Below, piece by piece: positions 49,165 to 54,123 of a stretch of 54,123 nucleotides of DNA. The stretch comes from a candidate division WOR-3 bacterium (GTDB lineage: Bacteria > Hydrothermota > UBA3072 > B12-G15): assembly GCA_965649055.1 (NCBI GenBank), contig CBFGJG010000001.1, positions 1 through 54,123 of the forward strand. The letters are read 5' to 3'. The position numbers and the translations under genes were made by a program. Below the pieces are notes generated by a model, which saw only the letters and a list, made by a program, of their open reading frames with translations, was not told the DNA's origin and did not search any database. Position 1 is the first letter of the stretch; each line of letters opens with the position of its first letter.

Positions 49165-49210
49165 ATTCTATTTATAATACTTATATTTTAAAAATCAAGT
49201 GTAAATATGT

Positions 49211-49238
49211 GAAACATTTTTTTAAAAATTCCATCTAA
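49211..49238 (+). promoter_or_regulatory. Second ECF-type promoter
   Basis: GAAACAT-N16-TCTAA, with the same spacing as 28533-28560. Confidence 0.6.
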
Positions 49239-49258
49239 CCTGAAAAAAAGGAGGTTTT

Positions 49259-49630
49259 ATGGAAGGTGTCTTGATTTTTTTAATACCTATAGTTGCACTT
49301 TTAATACCTGTATTTGCACTTTACTTTAATTTTAAAAAGGAAGCGTTAAAAAGGCAGGAAAGGATGAAGGCGATCGAGAAAGGCGTTGAATTACCACCAG
49401 AAAATTTAATCCCTGTTGTTAAGAAAAGCTGGCTTGACTATCTCAGGACAAGCATAATTTTTCTGTCTTTTGGTATAGGATTTATTCTTACCTATTTTGT
49501 TTTTAATCTGAATTTTGCAAATATGAAGAACTTGGTAATTACGACCTTGGCTATAGGTGTTGTAAATCTACTATTAGGTCTGGGCTTTTTGGCTTATTCA
49601 TTGATATTTAAAAGATATGGGAAGGGATGA
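49259..49630 (+). CDS. Small three-TM membrane protein (DUF6249-like)
   Basis: TM - RQERMKAIEKG - TM (GIG) - TM (GLG). AAGGAGG RBS. Confidence 0.7.
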   Translation: MEGVLIFLIPIVALLIPVFALYFNFKKEALKRQERMKAIEKGVELPPENLIPVVKKSWLDYLRTSIIFLSFGIGFILTYFVFNLNFANMKNLVITTLAIGVVNLLLGLGFLAYSLIFKRYGKG

Positions 49631-49632
49631 TT

Positions 49633-50190
49633 TTATTGGTGGTAGAGTTTATTTTTATAAATATACTCTGCCACCCCTTCTTTTACAAGGTGTTTTATCT
49701 CTTTGCCTTCTCTTATCCTCTGCCTTATCTCTGACGATGATATTTCGATTGTTCTTGTATTGATTTTTATCATTCCCTCAATAATGTCGCCTGGACTACA
49801 TTTTCTTTTTATAACTATAACCTTGCATATTTTTAGAATATTTTCCCATTCTTTCCATTTCTTGAAATCTTTGAGGTTATCTTCTCCAATTATAAATCCT
49901 AAATCATCATATATATCTTTATAGTATCTTATAGTATCAATTGTATAGGATATTCCACCCTTTTTTATTTCAAAATCACTAACATCAAAATAATCATTTC
50001 CCTCTATTGAAATTCTTATCATATTAATTCTATGCTCGGGTTCTGCTATTACTTTACCTTCCTTGAAAGGTGAGACCTTTGCTGGTATGAAAATAATCTT
50101 TTTAACAGGAAGAAAATCTTTTATATCAATCAGAGGGATTATATGCCCTAAATGAATTGGATCAAATGATCCACCGAAAAGACAGATCAT
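49633..50190 (-). CDS. nadD: Nicotinate-nucleotide adenylyltransferase
   Basis: FGGSFDPIHLGH, SPFK, SYTIDT, IIGED, ISSSEIR. Confidence 0.95.
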   Translation of the reverse strand: MICLFGGSFDPIHLGHIIPLIDIKDFLPVKKIIFIPAKVSPFKEGKVIAEPEHRINMIRISIEGNDYFDVSDFEIKKGGISYTIDTIRYYKDIYDDLGFIIGEDNLKDFKKWKEWENILKICKVIVIKRKCSPGDIIEGMIKINTRTIEISSSEIRQRIREGKEIKHLVKEGVAEYIYKNKLYHQ

Positions 50191-50891
50191 TTTAATTTAC
50201 TCATTCTCTTTTCAATTTCTTTTTTGTATTTTTCACTAACCTTTAAGAATGTTTCCTTTGCCTTCTCTTTATCCTTTAATTTCAGATAACAATCCCCAAG
50301 AGTAATAAGTGCCTGGTCTTTTAATTCATTATCTTTTGCAATTATTTCATTCAGGTAAATGATAGCAGAAGCATATTTACCCATCCTGTAATATAATTTT
50401 GCAATCTGAAATTCTTTAAGATTTAGTTTTTCATTCAGTCTTTTCTTACCTTCAAGAGCTATTTTAGTAGAATCTGAAGCAGGAAATCTTAATATAAACA
50501 TATCGTATGCCTCAAGTGCTTTTTTTGTCAGATCTTGATCCCTTTGTATTATTGGTGACAATTTCTCAAGTGATTGTGCCTTTCTTAAATATGCCATTTC
50601 AAGAAAATCGCTCCCCGGAAAATTATTTATGAGGAAATTAAATTCTGATAATGCATTTTCATAATCTTTCATCCTATAATATGATTCTGCTATATAGAAT
50701 TGTGAATCATCAATATACTGACTACCATGATGATTGTTAAAAAAAGCTTGGAAATGGTCTATTGCCTTTTTATATTTCTTATTCTCAAATAAAGAATATG
50801 CCCTTTTAAATTCTTCTTCTGCTGATAATCTTTCTATAATTACTTTTTTTGAACAACCGAGAAGAAGAAAAACCAAGAAAAAATATCTCAA
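50187..50891 (-). CDS. bamD: Outer membrane protein assembly factor BamD
   Basis: LLGC lipobox, TPRs, QRDQ..T..A, FP.S, KEFQIAKLYYR.G.Y.SAI.Y. Confidence 0.85.
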   Translation of the reverse strand: MRYFFLVFLLLGCSKKVIIERLSAEEEFKRAYSLFENKKYKKAIDHFQAFFNNHHGSQYIDDSQFYIAESYYRMKDYENALSEFNFLINNFPGSDFLEMAYLRKAQSLEKLSPIIQRDQDLTKKALEAYDMFILRFPASDSTKIALEGKKRLNEKLNLKEFQIAKLYYRMGKYASAIIYLNEIIAKDNELKDQALITLGDCYLKLKDKEKAKETFLKVSEKYKKEIEKRMSKLK

Positions 50892-50892
50892 A

Positions 50893-51750
50893 TTATCCTC
50901 CTTGCATCTTGCATAATTTTATCCTTTCCTGTGCCTTTCTTAAAAGCGGACTATTTGAGAAAGGATTAAGTTCGATTACTTTCAGATAGTATTTTACTGC
51001 TTCAGAATAATCTTCATTAAGATAACAAATATTACCCATATAAAAATTTGCTTTATCCTGTAAAACTTCTGGTAAACCAATACCTATTGTTTCAAGCAGA
51101 TATATGCTTGCAGAATCGGCATCCCCTTTCTCATAATATTTAACTCCTATATAGTATGCGAGTTTTCCTATCTCGTATTTCAATCTCCAGTTCCATTTCC
51201 ATTCACCTGCTTTTAATATATTATAAGCCCTTATCGTATCACCAAGTTTTTCAAATGACTTTGATAGATTTATACGGGTATTAACATCTGATGAGTCATA
51301 CATTAACCATTTTTCAAAATATTCTGTAGCTTTAAGATACTGCTTATTACCATAAAAATATTCACCAAGAAATTTGTAATCCGATATTTCAAGCAAGGTT
51401 GAATCCATTTCATTAATGGTATTTATAAACTCAACTAATAAAGCTTTCCTTCCAAGGTTCAATGATTTCTTCTTATATTTAACAAGCATATCAAGGATTT
51501 CATTTTTTCTGTTTGGGAATCTTTGAACTGCATCCTTCGAAATTTTGAGCACATCGATAGGATCGTCCATCCTGTAATAGATTTCCATTTTTAGCATAGT
51601 TGATTCATATGTCGAATCACCTTCAAGAACAGCAAGTGCTTTAAGTGGTTCCATTTTTTTCAAAAATGTCTGTGCAAGTGTTATTTTATCCTGCTTTGAG
51701 CAGTTTATGTTAATTAGGATTAGAAAAAATAAAATTTTATAATTTTTCAA
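50893..51750 (-). CDS. TPR-repeat lipoprotein
   Basis: Signal peptide ending ININC; several TPR motifs. Confidence 0.7.
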   Translation of the reverse strand: MKNYKILFFLILININCSKQDKITLAQTFLKKMEPLKALAVLEGDSTYESTMLKMEIYYRMDDPIDVLKISKDAVQRFPNRKNEILDMLVKYKKKSLNLGRKALLVEFINTINEMDSTLLEISDYKFLGEYFYGNKQYLKATEYFEKWLMYDSSDVNTRINLSKSFEKLGDTIRAYNILKAGEWKWNWRLKYEIGKLAYYIGVKYYEKGDADSASIYLLETIGIGLPEVLQDKANFYMGNICYLNEDYSEAVKYYLKVIELNPFSNSPLLRKAQERIKLCKMQGG

Positions 51751-52555
51751 TAATCTTTGTTACTATCTTTGTTAGTTTAGGTTCAGCTGATTCTGCTGCT
51801 TTTAATATTTTTATGTGGTTCACAGGTTCAATTGCATCAGGTAATCCCATATCCGTAACAACTGCTATACCAATCACCTTCATATCCATATGTCTTGCAA
51901 CAATAACTTCTGGAACAGTAGACATTCCAACAGCATCAGCACCAAAAAATCTCATCATCCTGTATTCTGCTGCCGTTTCAAGGTTGGGTCCGGGAACACC
52001 TATATAAACACCTTTCCTTATGGGAATTCCGCATTCGATAGCAGTCCTTTCTGTGAGTTCAACAAGTTCCTTGTCATAAGTGTTATACATATCCGGGAAT
52101 CTCGGACCAATTTTTTCATCGTTTTCACCCCTTAAAGGGTTTTCAGGGAAGAAATTTATATGGTCTGTTATTATCATCAGGTCACCCTGTTTAAATTGAG
52201 GGTTAAGTCCTCCGCAGGCATTTGATTCAATAAGTATATTTACTCCAAGGAATTTCATAACCCTTATTGGAAAGGTTACCTCTTTCATTGAATAACCTTC
52301 ATAATAATGGAATCTTCCTTGCATTGCAACAACAAATTTACCACTAACCTCTCCAAGGACAAGCTGACCTTTATGACCAAGAACAGTGGATATCGGGAAG
52401 TTGGGAATTTCTTTATATGGAATCTCTATCCTTTTTTCTATTTTCTTCGCAAAATTCCCAAGCCCGGTTCCAAGAATAATACCTATCTTTGGTTTCTTCT
52501 TTGTATACTTTTCAATAAATTTGACGGACTCATTAATCTTCTCTAAAAGTTCCAT
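51737..52555 (-). CDS. punA: Purine nucleoside phosphorylase (trimeric PNP/MTAP family)
   Basis: GIILGTGLG, GH.G, QGRFHYYEG, NACGG, DHIN, GPNLET.AE, GADAVGMSTVPE. Confidence 0.92.
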   Translation of the reverse strand: MELLEKINESVKFIEKYTKKKPKIGIILGTGLGNFAKKIEKRIEIPYKEIPNFPISTVLGHKGQLVLGEVSGKFVVAMQGRFHYYEGYSMKEVTFPIRVMKFLGVNILIESNACGGLNPQFKQGDLMIITDHINFFPENPLRGENDEKIGPRFPDMYNTYDKELVELTERTAIECGIPIRKGVYIGVPGPNLETAAEYRMMRFFGADAVGMSTVPEVIVARHMDMKVIGIAVVTDMGLPDAIEPVNHIKILKAAESAEPKLTKIVTKIIEKL

Positions 52556-52568
52556 CTATTCCTCCTTT

Positions 52569-53099
52569 TTATGGTTTGTCGTAGAATAGGTCTCCTATAC
52601 TTTTATAACCTTCCTGTGTTTTCTTTTTTACTTTTGCATCCACTTCCTGTTCTGCCATTTCAATCTCATGGAGCATCCTCAGCTGTGACTGCAAATATCC
52701 TCTAAGCTGAGCAATAAATGTATCTCTTTGTGTTCTTAATGCCGAAATCTGTCTTTCTAAATCCTGGATTTCTTTTCTTGCCTTATTAATCATCTCTTCT
52801 GCCTGTATCTGTGCATTCTTCACAATAAGTTCTGCTTCTTTCTCTGCATTTTTTCTTAATTCATCCGTAGTCTTCTGTGCACTTAAAAGTGTATCCTGCA
52901 ATGTTTTTTCCATTCTTCTATAATCTTCTATCTTTGCATCAAGTTCTTTATTTTGCTCTCGAAGGGTATTATTTTCCCTGCTCAAATCCTCCATCTCTTT
53001 AGCAACCATTTCAAGGAATATATCCACTTCATGTTTGTCATAACCCTTCATTACTCTCTTAAATTCCTGCTTTCTAATATCAAGTGGAGTTAGTTTCAT
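52569..53099 (-). CDS. divIVA: DivIVA-domain coiled-coil protein
   Basis: MKLTPLDIRKQEF...GYD..EVD.FL, then a coiled coil with TLLSAQ..A..EA..I..A. GAGGAGG RBS. Confidence 0.88.
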   Translation of the reverse strand: MKLTPLDIRKQEFKRVMKGYDKHEVDIFLEMVAKEMEDLSRENNTLREQNKELDAKIEDYRRMEKTLQDTLLSAQKTTDELRKNAEKEAELIVKNAQIQAEEMINKARKEIQDLERQISALRTQRDTFIAQLRGYLQSQLRMLHEIEMAEQEVDAKVKKKTQEGYKSIGDLFYDKP

Positions 53100-53176
53100 A
53101 ACCCCCTCCTCTTTAAATTTTTATTAGATTTCATAAATAAATATTGTTAGAAAAAAATATAAAGTCAAGTGAAAAT

Positions 53177-54123
53177 TCATTTTTGGTTAATTTTTATAAG
53201 CTTAAAGATTTTTCCTTTTACCATTCCAAAGTATATTCCATCTTTCAGGTCTTCACCTATTTTTGAACATATGTATTCACCATATTTTATTCCCGATAGA
53301 CTATAAACAGACATTTTTTCATCCTTCATTCCGTCAATGCTTAGTTTCCCAGAGAATATGAATACAGAGTTAGATTTTTCTTCTTTTTCTTCAAAGATTC
53401 CTACCTGCCCATCTGCCATAACTCTTTGTGCATAGATGTCAGTGTCGAAATAACGATTGTCTTCCCATACAATATAAACACAACTCTCACGATTAACCAT
53501 TGAATAAATATTCTCGTCACCTGAGAGAAATGTTATTCTATTTCCATTTGTGTTCCACATTATATTTCCATAATCGTCAACCTTCTGTGCATATATATCA
53601 AAGTCCATTCCGGAACGATAATCTCCCCATGCAATATAAGGATTTTTTGAAGCATCGGTTAACACAATAGGGTTAACCTGATTATTAACTGCATTACAAA
53701 TAACCTTTCCATTGTTTGTCCAGTATTTATTCCCATTAATATCTATCCTTTGTGTATAGATATCAAAATCAGAAAGTCTTTTATCCATCCATACAATAAA
53801 GATGTTATCATTACCCCATGAAGAAATATAAGGCTTAATCTGATTACTGTCTGCATTACAAATAGGTATTCCATTCAATGTCCATAGTGAATTTCCTGAT
53901 AAATCTATTCTTTGTGCGTATATATCTTTTCCGGTATATTGATTTCTGCTATCTTCCCATACTGCTATACCACCACCTGAACAATCACTTACAAATTTAA
54001 AATTATCTTCAGGACCTGGAATATCACATACAGGGATACCGTATTCACTCCATACAATATAACCATTATTATCAATCCTTTGAGCATATAAATCTCCGTT
54101 TGTATCAAAACGGTAATCTCTGT
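53177..54123 (-). CDS. Secreted beta-propeller-like repeat protein with T9SS-like tail (5' end outside the window)
   Basis: The frame is open to the window edge. Five W.D.R....D[IL]Y[AT]Q[RK][IV]...G...W repeats; tail VYSLSG..GIYF..KLIKI. Confidence 0.8.
   Translation of the reverse strand, partial: RDYRFDTNGDLYAQRIDNNGYIVWSEYGIPVCDIPGPEDNFKFVSDCSGGGIAVWEDSRNQYTGKDIYAQRIDLSGNSLWTLNGIPICNADSNQIKPYISSWGNDNIFIVWMDKRLSDFDIYTQRIDINGNKYWTNNGKVICNAVNNQVNPIVLTDASKNPYIAWGDYRSGMDFDIYAQKVDDYGNIMWNTNGNRITFLSGDENIYSMVNRESCVYIVWEDNRYFDTDIYAQRVMADGQVGIFEEKEEKSNSVFIFSGKLSIDGMKDEKMSVYSLSGIKYGEYICSKIGEDLKDGIYFGMVKGKIFKLIKINQK

Overview
AT-rich chromosomal window from a diderm bacterium. BamD, PorV-like and Wzi-like beta-barrels, gingipain-like C25 peptidases and T9SS/FlgD-type C-terminal tails suggest an FCB-related or WOR-3-like candidate lineage; this taxonomy is inference only. 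I found no rRNA, tRNA, CRISPR array or mobile element. Housekeeping genes (mgsA, rlmH, a LipM-like ligase, an EF-G paralog, birA, polA, rlmN, mtnA, maf, nadD, bamD, PNP, DivIVA) are mixed with signalling genes and secreted proteins. Main points: (1) A 1499-aa kinase-ATPase-TPR-GAF-sigma54 activator is followed by six ATGTCA repeats, an exact IHF consensus and a degenerate -24/-12 element. Next come a 59-aa secreted-type peptide ORF missing from the ORF track, an overlapping 68-aa Sm/Hfq-like ORF and a GC-rich hairpin. Together this is a candidate peptide-signalling circuit. (2) An uncharacterised four-gene membrane cassette is tandemly duplicated upstream of a lipoyl/octanoyl transferase. (3) A leaderless promoter layout (TTGAC-N16/17-[-10]-N6/7-ATG) recurs across the window. 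(4) Many envelope proteins have ultra-short signal peptides with no charged n-region. (5) An ECF sigma operon has a matching promoter, a second candidate regulon member and competing RNA hairpins over the sigma RBS. (6) Two signalling genes are broken by single-base lesions. Family assignments come from motif recognition, not database searches.
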